Positions 34,945-43,728 of a stretch of DNA of 43,728 nucleotides are shown piece after piece. The stretch spans positions 1 to 43,728 of IMG/VR virus record IMGVR_UViG_3300030372_002142; one strand, 5' to 3'. Below the pieces are notes generated by a model. The model had not been told where the DNA came from and did not search any database. It saw nothing but the letters and a program-made list of their open reading frames with translations. The translations under genes were made by a program, and so were the position numbers. The stretch is from a virus. Taxonomy: Duplodnaviria > Caudoviricetes. Numbering within the stretch: the stretch's first letter is position 1; each line of letters opens with the position of its first letter.

Positions 34945-37900
34945 CTAGTCCCTCTTCGCTGCTATGTCGGCGTCGTACCCACTAAGAAGGTCATGCCACT
35001 CCCACCCCGGTTGCTCTTCGTAAAGCGCTTCCAGCCCGTCTATGAAACGGTTAACTTGAATAGCAGGAACCTTCCCTGTAGCCACCGCACCAACAATAAC
35101 AGCAGGCTTAACAACTTCTACCCAAGACGTTTCGTCACCGTCTTCTAGTTTGCGAGCAGAGTTTTTCAAAAGTTTTTCTATAGCCTCACCAAACATCCCT
35201 GCAGGGCTGCCGCCATAACCATAGTCACTAACCACCCCCACAGCCACGTCTCTTACAAGAGGAATACCAGAGAGTAACCCGGTTGCTGTTCTTGTTGCTA
35301 AAAACTCGCCTAGACTTTCGTCCTCTTCATCTTCAGGTTCCCACTCAGGAAGTTTCCCTTTAATAAAAGCGGACGCTGCCTCTTGTAAGGTTACAAGGAT
35401 AAATATCCGTGTGGCTGCCTTCATGCTTGCGCCGACAGGGTTTCTAACTACCCCCTCCCCAAACTCTTTTCCTACACTACGCAAAATGCCGTACAAAGCA
35501 GAAAAGAAAGAGTAGAACATGGTAGCAGCTTTGGTTATTCCTCGGCTTCTCTGAATAGCTGCAAGGTCTTTAGCCCCTCCCCCAGACTGGCTCATGCGGA
35601 CTACCCTATCTGCATAGGCAACGGCGTTTGCGCCGTCTATATCTCCGGGGTCTTGCTGTAAAGCGTAATTATAAGCTGCGGTCCATACAGGTATATCCAC
35701 TGAATATAACTGCATGGCAGCAATAGAGCGCATGGAAAACTCTAACCCTCTATCAATTCTCCCGTCCTTACCTTTCAATCTTTTAATGTTTTCGCGCAGA
35801 TCGCGGTCAGTGTTTTCAATACGAAACCGCATCTCTGGAGACGCTTCAAAAACAAAGTTTCTATGATCTCCTGAAAAGGTCTTCCTAATACCTTCTGCAA
35901 GATACCCGGCCATTCTAGCTGCGTTGACAGGGCCGTATCCGTTATCCGTTAACAGGCGGTCATACGCAGTAGTAAGTCCAAATGTCTGGGCAACTAGAGT
36001 AGTGTAAGAGAAACCTAGCGCAGCTACAGTTGTGTTTCTTATTGCCTTTTCGCCCAAGGTTTCAATATCAGTTAGCCTTGCCATATCCTGATTATTTGAA
36101 GCGATAGACCCAACCCATGCGTCTAGTAGTCTAGCGTATTTGACCCCGGCCTTTCGCTCTAGCTCCGCCCGAAGGCCGGTATCATTCAGTATCTTCTTTG
36201 CATTACGGACGGCGTCGTAATGAGTAATATAATGGATGGTCGTCTCAAGGCCGTGGGTCAGGCGAGTTATCTGCAAATTAACAGGCGCACTAAAGCCAGT
36301 ACGCCCTTTTGTCATAGAGCTGTTAACAGAGGCCTGACCTGCCCTGCCCTGCATCTCCTCTAACGCTGTTCTTTTTTCACTAGCGGACGACCCTTTTACG
36401 CCAGCATGATCGTAGTCATAAACCATAGGGAAGTACCCGCCAGCGTACTCCCCATGTTTTGTGCTAACAGTCCTGCGTTCTACACGGTCAGGAGACACCC
36501 CAAACTCTGCGCGGTAGATGCGCTCTACTTCGGGCCACAGCTTTTCAGCCTCGTCCCAGATGGACTGTACTAAATCCCATTCCTCCTTAGAGAGCTGGTC
36601 AAGCACCTCCGCTAGCAGCTCTTCGTTTATGTTCCAACCAATGTCGGCGTACCCCTGTATTGTCTTTTCGAGGTTGCTCTCGTTGCCCGTGTTCAACGCG
36701 AGCATAATCAAACTTTCTCGCGTTAACCTTGTTGTTTCCTTGCCCAGCCCTTTCTTGTCTACCCGCTTCCCCCATCCCTTCCTAGTCTTAGGATCAACTT
36801 GGTTGATCCGATCCTGTATCATCTTTGACACGTCCGCCGTGAGCTGGTTCTTCAGACCGTAGGCATCAGCAAACGGCTGGTATATGGTCTGATGCCATAT
36901 GCCTAAAGGAGCGCCGTCTAATGCTTCTAAAAGGAATTCGGCTTTTAACAGGGAAGCGTCTAATCCCGCCGCTCCAGAAGAGATGCGGGAAAAAACATCT
37001 TCCCCTCCTAAAGCGCGGTCTTTAAGGCGGGTAGCAATGGCGTCTTTTCTTCCTCCAAGCGCCGCCTTCATTTCTCCTATGACTTTATTCCGATCTCTAG
37101 TCTCTTGGCCCACTTTAAGTTTTTTAGCAAGGCGGCCTTGCTTCTCTAGGGTTTTTACACTGTCGTACAGCTCTATAAATTCGCCATACGTCATATCATT
37201 CAAATTTTCCTTAGTGTCTTTAACTGTCAGCCATTGCGGAAGCTGTAAGATCGCGCCGTCGTTTTCCTCCGCCTCTTGGATAAATTGGTTTATTGCCTGC
37301 AGCTCTACTAAAGCTCGGCGGCGGTCAGAAACCTCTGCGCTAAAATCAACAATCTCAAGATGGGCCTTTATGGCATCGACGTATCTCGCATCTATGTTAG
37401 GAAATTTCTTTTTAGGGTTTTGGTAAACCTTCATGCTTCTGCGCTGAGTATTTAACTTCTTCTCTGCTCGCAGAGCCTCCAAAGCAAGGTAGTGGTTAAC
37501 AAGGCGTTGAAACTGATGCTGATAAGCAGCTACGCGATCTCCCTTTTTTACCGCCGCAGCGGCTTCTTTAGCGTGCCGCTTTTCTGCTGCCAAAAATTTA
37601 TAAGGACGAACCTCGGACACTTTCATTCGGTTCAGCTTGCCTTTTGCGTATGCGCGAATGAATTTAATTTTAAAAGCGGGTTGCGTAGTCCTTAAAGCGG
37701 TTAACTCAGCAGCAAGCACTTTAGCGACGTGGTCCCCATGCACACTTGCAGTAGCCTCCTCCTGTCCCTGCACATCCATAGAGCCGTGCAGCTCCTGCAT
37801 TTTTCTATCTAAGGCCTGGTTAACGGCAACATCAAATTTCGGCAGGTCTTTTAGCGCTTGTAACATTTCATGCACGTCTTCAAACCCAAACATACGAGCA

Positions 37901-40900
37901 GCAGTGCCGGGGTCTACGAGGTTTTTGCCTTTAGCATAGACTGCCTTGTTTCCAATTCTAGGAAGGTCTGACAAGGACATTCCGTTTTCAGCTAGGTACG
38001 TTTCTAAAAGGGCGCGGTCTATCGGGCCTAGCCTTTCATGCGCTTCTGGCTGAGAACCGTCCGCATACCCCCCTGTAATAAGAGTGTGGAGCAAACGGTA
38101 AGCAGGCTGCATTTTTATCTCGTCAGTAACCTCGTCTTTGTATGTATCGCGTTCTTCCTGCCACCACTTCCTGCGGCTGTCTTGCAACTCAGAGATATGC
38201 TTTGCTCTTTGGTTAGCCTGTGATTGATTTTTTGCTCTCTGCATTTTTTGCTGATAAGCGTTGAACTGCTCATCTGTCATACCTGCTCGGTCTGCAGTGT
38301 CAAAGATACTAGCAAGATCATATTGGCCTTGAGCAACAGCAATTTCTTCATCGGCAGCAAGCATACGATCAAGGACAGCGGTTACCTCGTCACTCATTTG
38401 AATGTCTGTGCCTATAAGGCGTCGGTACACCGATTGTATCCATGCAGCAAAACTGGCAAAGGCGTCTGCTAGAGCTAAGCTAGGGGCGTTGCCTGTAGCA
38501 AAGTAGCTTTCTACTCCTCTGGCAAAGTTTTCATGCATGGCAATACTTAGCCAACTAAACTCATTAGAGGGATCGTTTACGCCTTTCCCTCTCAAGTCCC
38601 CTTGTCGTATGTACGCCTTTACTTGAGCGTCCGTCATCTTTTGAAGGGCGGCTACAGAGGCTTTATCCTTTTTCTTCTTCGCACGGCGAATTGCCTCTTC
38701 CTTAATCTCCAAGGAACGGCTGCCCCACCATTTTGTAACGATGTCAAAGTCCCGCTGAAACTGACCACCTACAGCAGCAGCATCCGACTTGAGCTGCTCC
38801 AACCAGAAATGTCCACTTTCATGCAGGAAAGTAGACTGGTCAGCCTTTTCAAATATTTGGATAAGGTTTACAGGATTGTCGTCCTGATCTGTAATCAGGT
38901 CGCTGGGGGTGAAACCTCCTCTTGGGTCGGCTTGCGCTCCTGTCTGCTCAAGCGCTGCTTCTCTAGGGCGGCCTGTGCCAGTTTGCCCAACCCCTGTAAC
39001 ACCTTCGGGTTCGACAGGTCTAGCATCTTGTCCAGAGACGGCTCCTGCTCCATCTCTTCCTTCTGTAAGTCCTTCAATTCCTTCGACGGCATACCCCTGC
39101 TCCCTCAAGATATTTGCAAACGTAGTGTCATAGCTTGCATTAAGTGGGTTAGGCGGAACTATCGCAACTCCGTCTTCGTCGGTAGCCAGCTCGGTAGTTA
39201 ACGCACCCCACAATTCTTTTTCAGGATACCATAGCACAGCTTGCAAGTCAGCGACAGTTAATTCTATCCCTCTCTGCTGTAGTACTTCTTTTGCTTTTGC
39301 TCCAGCAGCTTCAATTTGTTTGCGTTGCGTACCGTTTGCAACCTGATCTAACGGCTTAGACAAGTTAGTGATAATCGTCTTAGCTGCTCTGGCCCACGTC
39401 GGTTGTAATTCTTTAGGTACTGGTCCCGATTCTCGTAAGCGGTTATATTCTACGTTCCAAGCGCTCAGGAGACGCTTAGCGTAACCAAGAAGCTCGGCAT
39501 CATTGTTTGCGTAAGCGTCGGACCACGGCTCAGGTACTTGTAGCCCTTCTAGATCGGGTACAACGTCTTCCATTATTTTTAAACGGGCTTTAAGGCGTTT
39601 TTTCTCCGCATTAAAATCTTTCTTACGAGAAAACTTAACAGGGTTCAGGCTATCGATCTGTTCCTGCATCCCAGCCATTATTTGCTTCAGAGCTGCAACA
39701 TGGTCTTGATCACCCCCTCGTTTTGATAGCGAGCGAGCCGCTGCTCTTCTGAGACGGTCCCGCTGAGCAGGCAAGGCTTCAGGGTTACCAATGCTCTTCC
39801 CTGTCATCCGCCCCCAAGTACGGCGCAGCCACAGATCAATAGTTAAGGGGTCAAAGTTTCCGTTAAGGTTCTGCCAAAAACCATTGCCGATTTTAGGACC
39901 AAGGGTTGAAGACCCGTAGACTACAGCGTCTTTGGCGGTCTGACCCGGAGGGCTGTAGGGTATCCCTGCAGCCTTCATCTCTACTTCCCATTCACGCACT
40001 GTCTTACTTTCACGAAACAGAGCGTCTAAGGCGGTTAGCTTCTCAGCAAAGCTGTCTCCCGGCATAGCGTTAACCATCGGGAGAAACTTATCAAAGTTAT
40101 CCCCCATAGCTTCTTGTTTGTCCCCCGTACCCCACTCTCGCAGCATAGGTATTTGCCCGTGGTTGTGGCCTTTCTTAACCATCTCAACCATCTGACCAAA
40201 GGCTTCGTCTGTTGCCTTACTATTAGCGGCGACATCAAGGTTCTGAGAAGTAACCGCCATAATGTACGTCAGCACAAATCGCGCATTTGAAGCAGTTCCA
40301 AAACCGCCTTCGGCAGCAGCAGCGTCGTCGGTTATCATGGGGTACTTAAAAGCTAGAACATCAAGCGCACGCAGTATAGCGGATGAATACCAGTCACTAG
40401 CGTTACCAGTATTCTCCATAGCAAGCTGCGCTTCCGCTGCCATAACAAGCGCAATCTCTTCTATCTGCTGAGACGTTAAAGGCTCTGTAAAATCAGTTAT
40501 AGGCGTGCCGGGGAACTGCTCTTCCAACCACAGAGCTGCTTCCATATTACTTGGAAGGCGCTCTACGGGAAGCGCCTCCGGGCGATATATTGGGCTGACC
40601 CTTTGAAGGTTGGCAGCGTCTACTCCATATGCAGCAGGATCATCCTTTAAATTTTGAGCAGCGTCTACAAGAGAGCCGTCTTGGAAAAGAAAAGTTTCAG
40701 CGTCCCCATACTGGACATTTTTTGCGAGGACTAACGGACCTACTTGGATAACCTCTTCCGCACTTACGACAGGGCGCTGGTCAGACCTGTCATAAAAGAA
40801 AGAGTGGCGTTCTGGATCGTATCCTACCTGCGTCCACTCAGGATCATTGATAACGTCCTGCGCCCTTGCAGCAAGTGCCTCTACATCTGCACTTTGAAAA

Positions 40901-43602
40901 TCCCCGTCCATCCTCGCAAACGGGGATTTCTTTGTTCTGTCAGGGTCATCAAAAACCTGTGCCGCTTTTCTCTGCTCTCCCTCAGTGGGCATAAGATCGA
41001 CGTTAGTTATCTGAGCAGCGGCCTCATGCACATTACCTACTGGGGTGTTGTGGATAGTTGGAACCCATACGCCATGATCCCTATAAGCAGGGATGTCTAA
41101 GCGAAGACCTACACGTTGTCCCACGGGAATCTGATCCGCTTTACCGAGCTTCTCTTTTTTTCTTTTGTCTAAAGCGCCTCGCATTTCTTCTGTCGTTGCA
41201 GGCTCAGGAACAGCTTCAAAAGGAAGAACCGTTTTTAACTTATCGACCTCCTTAGCATACTCTTCCGCCGTTATCTCTCCTGCTCGTCTGCGTCGAGCTG
41301 CCTCGTTCAGAGCAGGGGTGCGTTCTGTTACGTCTTTATAATTCAACTTGATGCGGTCTACCTGCTCAAAGGTGGGGGCTTCTACTCGCGCCTGCTCGCC
41401 TTCAATACGGAGGTTGTCCGCTTCAAACAATGCCAGCGCATCAACAGGCTGCCCTGTTTCTTCTGTTAGCCTGATAGCTCTGGCAGCGTAACGCTGGGCA
41501 GTTAGTTGCCCCAACAGATCGGCCCTACGATCATTATGAGTGCCTGTAGCAATAATCTGCTCCGCTACAGTGGAGCGAATTTTGTTGGTGTCCTCCACTA
41601 GCTTGTTAAGGGTGGCCTTACCTACCCCCGGAGCAATGCGATCTAACGCCCTTGCTTGAAGCTGTTGCTCTATGTTGTCCGCCTCTTCCGCAATCCCGCT
41701 AGTTTCATAGTCGGCGGCTTCTCTTGCTGTCATGCCTTCTATGTCAAAGCGAGTATGTTCAAGAAGCTGTTCAAACCCCTGCTTACCAAGTATGTGTCTT
41801 ATATAAGTTGCCGTGTCGATCTCAACGTCATTTCCTTCAACGGCAGCCTCCTGCAAAGAAGCGCTTTCTAAACCTAGCGTCTCCGCTAGGCTGCCGTCCT
41901 GATCGAACCGCATAACTTCTTCAGCGGGGATGTAGACGGTGTCTATTCCGTCTTCCTTTAATTTATCGGACATTACATCCGCCGCTGTGGACAATTTTTC
42001 AGTAGGGATGCCTTGGAGGTTCCCTTGTAAATCTTGTTGCCCTTTCAACCATGCTTTTGCCTTTTTTGCGTCGGCGCGTCTCTTGATATCTCCAGCGCCA
42101 GCGATCACTCCTTCAACAGCAACGCTTGACGGGTTCGACCCCCCAAGCATCTCCAGCATAATCTCTGCGCTGTCTAAGCTCTGACCGCTGAGCGTTTGAG
42201 CAAGCCACTCTCCCAGACCCTCCGTCCCCAGCTCGCTCATTGTAGCTAAGCCAAATTTTGTTAGGGAACTCTTATCTAAACGGCCTATACGCCCTAAGAA
42301 CGCATATCCTAGGGCTTGCCCTGTGCCTACCCCTAGACCCCGGCCTTTATCAAACTTGGCAGCAGCGCTTTTTACAGCAGGGTTGCTAATTAAAGCCCTC
42401 ACACCTTCCGGTGTAGTGATATCGACGCCCGTTTCTTCTTTAATTGTCTCAATTTTTTCTGGGCTAAAATTAAAAAACTCGCTCGCCATTCCTCCTGCTG
42501 TGCTAACAACGCCGCCTAACCCTACACGGCTAGCTAAAAGCCCAGAAGCTACAACTGGCCCCTGCTGTATCATCTGCCCCGTAGCAAAAGAGGTAACGTC
42601 ATCAGGCCGAGTAGCAAGAACATCCAGAAAGCCAAGTATCTTGTCTGGCAAAGAAGCGTCTTTAAGAGCAACAATTTCGTCTATGACTGCCTTCTCACCC
42701 TCGCTACGAGGAAGCCCTGAAAAGGTTTCAACAAGGTCTATTATTTTGAAAAGGTCTTGTTCCGCTTCTTGCCGCAACCTCTCCGCATCTTCTTCACTGG
42801 TAAACAGACGAGCGCCTACTTTTGCCAGCCCTTCAAAACTTCCGCTAATAAGCTCGCTGGGAGTGCGTAGGATGTTACGGGCTAAAGGGGGCATCCAAGA
42901 TAACAAAGGGTCGGTTTCTTCGTCCTCGTAGAACCCCTCAAAGAAAAGGTCGGAAACAGGTCTGCCAGCAGTGTCTGCTCTTGCCAAGGCAGATTTAGCT
43001 AAAAAAGAATAATAATTTATCTTTGAACGAAACCGCATAAGGTTGGCGTTTATCTCTAACCAAGGAGCTGGTTCAGCCTCTAACATTGCTCCCCGCATAG
43101 CCTCTGTTGCTTTTTCAGAAGCATACATAAGAGGGATTTCATTTCGTAAGATGGCTGCTACTTCTCTATTGACTGCCATCTTCTCCCTAGTGGCCGTGGT
43201 CTTTGCCAAGATAGCCCGGTGATCTTGCCAGCCTGCCATTTGGACAATCTTGTTAGGGGATGCTTTTTGAATAAGCCCTAGGGGCATGTTCGTAGCCTCG
43301 GCCAGCGCTTTCTGTTTAGCCAGCGCGCCCCCATCAATGTCAAAAGCGGAATTGTAATTTCTCATAGCCTCAACTGTGAGAGGGTGCGCTCTTCGCTTTT
43401 GACGAGCGGCTTCTGTACCCGGAAGGGCGGAGCCAAACACAGAAAACTGAGGCTGCCGGTCAGCGTTAAGAAGGTTGTTTACAGGCGCGGCGTCTGCAGT
43501 GGCGTCCATAAAAGGGGACGTGTTCGATTCTTGTAAAGACGCTCCCAAAATACCTTGGGAAATTGTAATTGAAGTCTTTGGGCTGATAGGCTCCCTAGCC
43601 AT
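34945..43602 (-). CDS. Giant internal virion (polyvalent) protein, ~2885 aa
   Basis: Follows the other internal virion genes; contains HESGH zincin and other embedded domains. Start set to ATG 43602, 2 nt after the upstream stop. Confidence 0.8.
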   Translation of the reverse strand: MAREPISPKTSITISQGILGASLQESNTSPFMDATADAAPVNNLLNADRQPQFSVFGSALPGTEAARQKRRAHPLTVEAMRNYNSAFDIDGGALAKQKALAEATNMPLGLIQKASPNKIVQMAGWQDHRAILAKTTATREKMAVNREVAAILRNEIPLMYASEKATEAMRGAMLEAEPAPWLEINANLMRFRSKINYYSFLAKSALARADTAGRPVSDLFFEGFYEDEETDPLLSWMPPLARNILRTPSELISGSFEGLAKVGARLFTSEEDAERLRQEAEQDLFKIIDLVETFSGLPRSEGEKAVIDEIVALKDASLPDKILGFLDVLATRPDDVTSFATGQMIQQGPVVASGLLASRVGLGGVVSTAGGMASEFFNFSPEKIETIKEETGVDITTPEGVRALISNPAVKSAAAKFDKGRGLGVGTGQALGYAFLGRIGRLDKSSLTKFGLATMSELGTEGLGEWLAQTLSGQSLDSAEIMLEMLGGSNPSSVAVEGVIAGAGDIKRRADAKKAKAWLKGQQDLQGNLQGIPTEKLSTAADVMSDKLKEDGIDTVYIPAEEVMRFDQDGSLAETLGLESASLQEAAVEGNDVEIDTATYIRHILGKQGFEQLLEHTRFDIEGMTAREAADYETSGIAEEADNIEQQLQARALDRIAPGVGKATLNKLVEDTNKIRSTVAEQIIATGTHNDRRADLLGQLTAQRYAARAIRLTEETGQPVDALALFEADNLRIEGEQARVEAPTFEQVDRIKLNYKDVTERTPALNEAARRRRAGEITAEEYAKEVDKLKTVLPFEAVPEPATTEEMRGALDKRKKEKLGKADQIPVGQRVGLRLDIPAYRDHGVWVPTIHNTPVGNVHEAAAQITNVDLMPTEGEQRKAAQVFDDPDRTKKSPFARMDGDFQSADVEALAARAQDVINDPEWTQVGYDPERHSFFYDRSDQRPVVSAEEVIQVGPLVLAKNVQYGDAETFLFQDGSLVDAAQNLKDDPAAYGVDAANLQRVSPIYRPEALPVERLPSNMEAALWLEEQFPGTPITDFTEPLTSQQIEEIALVMAAEAQLAMENTGNASDWYSSAILRALDVLAFKYPMITDDAAAAEGGFGTASNARFVLTYIMAVTSQNLDVAANSKATDEAFGQMVEMVKKGHNHGQIPMLREWGTGDKQEAMGDNFDKFLPMVNAMPGDSFAEKLTALDALFRESKTVREWEVEMKAAGIPYSPPGQTAKDAVVYGSSTLGPKIGNGFWQNLNGNFDPLTIDLWLRRTWGRMTGKSIGNPEALPAQRDRLRRAAARSLSKRGGDQDHVAALKQIMAGMQEQIDSLNPVKFSRKKDFNAEKKRLKARLKIMEDVVPDLEGLQVPEPWSDAYANNDAELLGYAKRLLSAWNVEYNRLRESGPVPKELQPTWARAAKTIITNLSKPLDQVANGTQRKQIEAAGAKAKEVLQQRGIELTVADLQAVLWYPEKELWGALTTELATDEDGVAIVPPNPLNASYDTTFANILREQGYAVEGIEGLTEGRDGAGAVSGQDARPVEPEGVTGVGQTGTGRPREAALEQTGAQADPRGGFTPSDLITDQDDNPVNLIQIFEKADQSTFLHESGHFWLEQLKSDAAAVGGQFQRDFDIVTKWWGSRSLEIKEEAIRRAKKKKDKASVAALQKMTDAQVKAYIRQGDLRGKGVNDPSNEFSWLSIAMHENFARGVESYFATGNAPSLALADAFASFAAWIQSVYRRLIGTDIQMSDEVTAVLDRMLAADEEIAVAQGQYDLASIFDTADRAGMTDEQFNAYQQKMQRAKNQSQANQRAKHISELQDSRRKWWQEERDTYKDEVTDEIKMQPAYRLLHTLITGGYADGSQPEAHERLGPIDRALLETYLAENGMSLSDLPRIGNKAVYAKGKNLVDPGTAARMFGFEDVHEMLQALKDLPKFDVAVNQALDRKMQELHGSMDVQGQEEATASVHGDHVAKVLAAELTALRTTQPAFKIKFIRAYAKGKLNRMKVSEVRPYKFLAAEKRHAKEAAAAVKKGDRVAAYQHQFQRLVNHYLALEALRAEKKLNTQRRSMKVYQNPKKKFPNIDARYVDAIKAHLEIVDFSAEVSDRRRALVELQAINQFIQEAEENDGAILQLPQWLTVKDTKENLNDMTYGEFIELYDSVKTLEKQGRLAKKLKVGQETRDRNKVIGEMKAALGGRKDAIATRLKDRALGGEDVFSRISSGAAGLDASLLKAEFLLEALDGAPLGIWHQTIYQPFADAYGLKNQLTADVSKMIQDRINQVDPKTRKGWGKRVDKKGLGKETTRLTRESLIMLALNTGNESNLEKTIQGYADIGWNINEELLAEVLDQLSKEEWDLVQSIWDEAEKLWPEVERIYRAEFGVSPDRVERRTVSTKHGEYAGGYFPMVYDYDHAGVKGSSASEKRTALEEMQGRAGQASVNSSMTKGRTGFSAPVNLQITRLTHGLETTIHYITHYDAVRNAKKILNDTGLRAELERKAGVKYARLLDAWVGSIASNNQDMARLTDIETLGEKAIRNTTVAALGFSYTTLVAQTFGLTTAYDRLLTDNGYGPVNAARMAGYLAEGIRKTFSGDHRNFVFEASPEMRFRIENTDRDLRENIKRLKGKDGRIDRGLEFSMRSIAAMQLYSVDIPVWTAAYNYALQQDPGDIDGANAVAYADRVVRMSQSGGGAKDLAAIQRSRGITKAATMFYSFFSALYGILRSVGKEFGEGVVRNPVGASMKAATRIFILVTLQEAASAFIKGKLPEWEPEDEEDESLGEFLATRTATGLLSGIPLVRDVAVGVVSDYGYGGSPAGMFGEAIEKLLKNSARKLEDGDETSWVEVVKPAVIVGAVATGKVPAIQVNRFIDGLEALYEEQPGWEWHDLLSGYDADIAAKRD

Positions 43603-43604
43603 AT

Positions 43605-43727
43605 TTAGGGTGTCCCCTTCAACCATTTCTCAAAGTCAGATTTAACTTGAGCAACGCCTCTAGCGGTTCCTGCAAGAGCGGTTAGGCTCATAATCTCTTG
43701 TGCAAAACTTGCCTTTGTTAACGGCTT
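43605..43727 (-). CDS. C-terminal end of the junction-spanning internal virion protein (begins at 2126)
   Basis: Reads ...VKSDFEKWLKGTP* with TAA at 43605-43607. Confidence 0.75.
   Translation of the reverse strand, partial: KPLTKASFAQEIMSLTALAGTARGVAQVKSDFEKWLKGTP
43630..43727. repeat. Terminal overlap, copy 2
   Basis: Identical to 1-98. Confidence 0.95.
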
Positions 43728-43728
43728 T

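Noticed and set aside
40390-40400. CCAGTCACTAG as another operator
   Set aside because: Intragenic, mismatched at both ends and with no promoter nearby.
34945-43602. Giant protein as an N4- or crAss-like virion RNA polymerase
   Set aside because: No DxDGD or T7-type motif set seen (RMDGD lacks the first Asp); promoters look host-sigma70-like.
43630-43728. 98-nt end repeat as a biological direct terminal repeat
   Set aside because: It falls inside a coding sequence and its length fits an assembler k-mer overlap; true termini cannot be inferred.
1-43728. Alternative genetic code or tRNA genes
   Set aside because: Genes tile densely under code 11 with TAA, TAG and TGA all used as stops; no cloverleaf seen in the few intergenic gaps.

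Overview
This window is an apparently complete, circularly permuted genome (about 43,629 bp) of a tailed dsDNA phage with podovirus-type (BPP-1/epsilon15-like) morphogenesis genes. Bases 1-98 repeat at 43630-43727 as an assembly overlap, and one gene runs across that junction. The minus strand carries primase-helicase, Holliday junction resolvase, TerS, TerL, portal, scaffold, capsid, cement, tail tube/nozzle, internal virion proteins (including a ~2885-aa giant), tail fibres and a lysis cassette with spanins, which implies a Gram-negative host. The plus strand (17.7-27.6 kb) carries early/replication genes: small ORFs, ArdC, SNF2-like helicase, Cas4-like nuclease, SSB-like protein and family A DNA polymerase. 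I recognised no integrase, RNA polymerase, tRNA, CRISPR array or DGR. The most interesting signals are: (i) an 11-bp palindromic operator at all plus-strand promoters plus an unannotated 49-aa RHH-like candidate regulator; (ii) a second motif, CGWCTAGWCG, found 7 times across the genome, with an identical 16-mer ahead of two late gene blocks; (iii) a covarying two-hairpin leader repeated between early genes; (iv) a permuted papain-like protease fused through an LPGG/GLFGG junction to the small virion protein before the portal; (v) a GIY-YIG nuclease fused to TerS; (vi) enzyme-like and possibly anti-defence cargo domains inside the giant virion protein. All family assignments come from motif recognition by eye, not from database searches.
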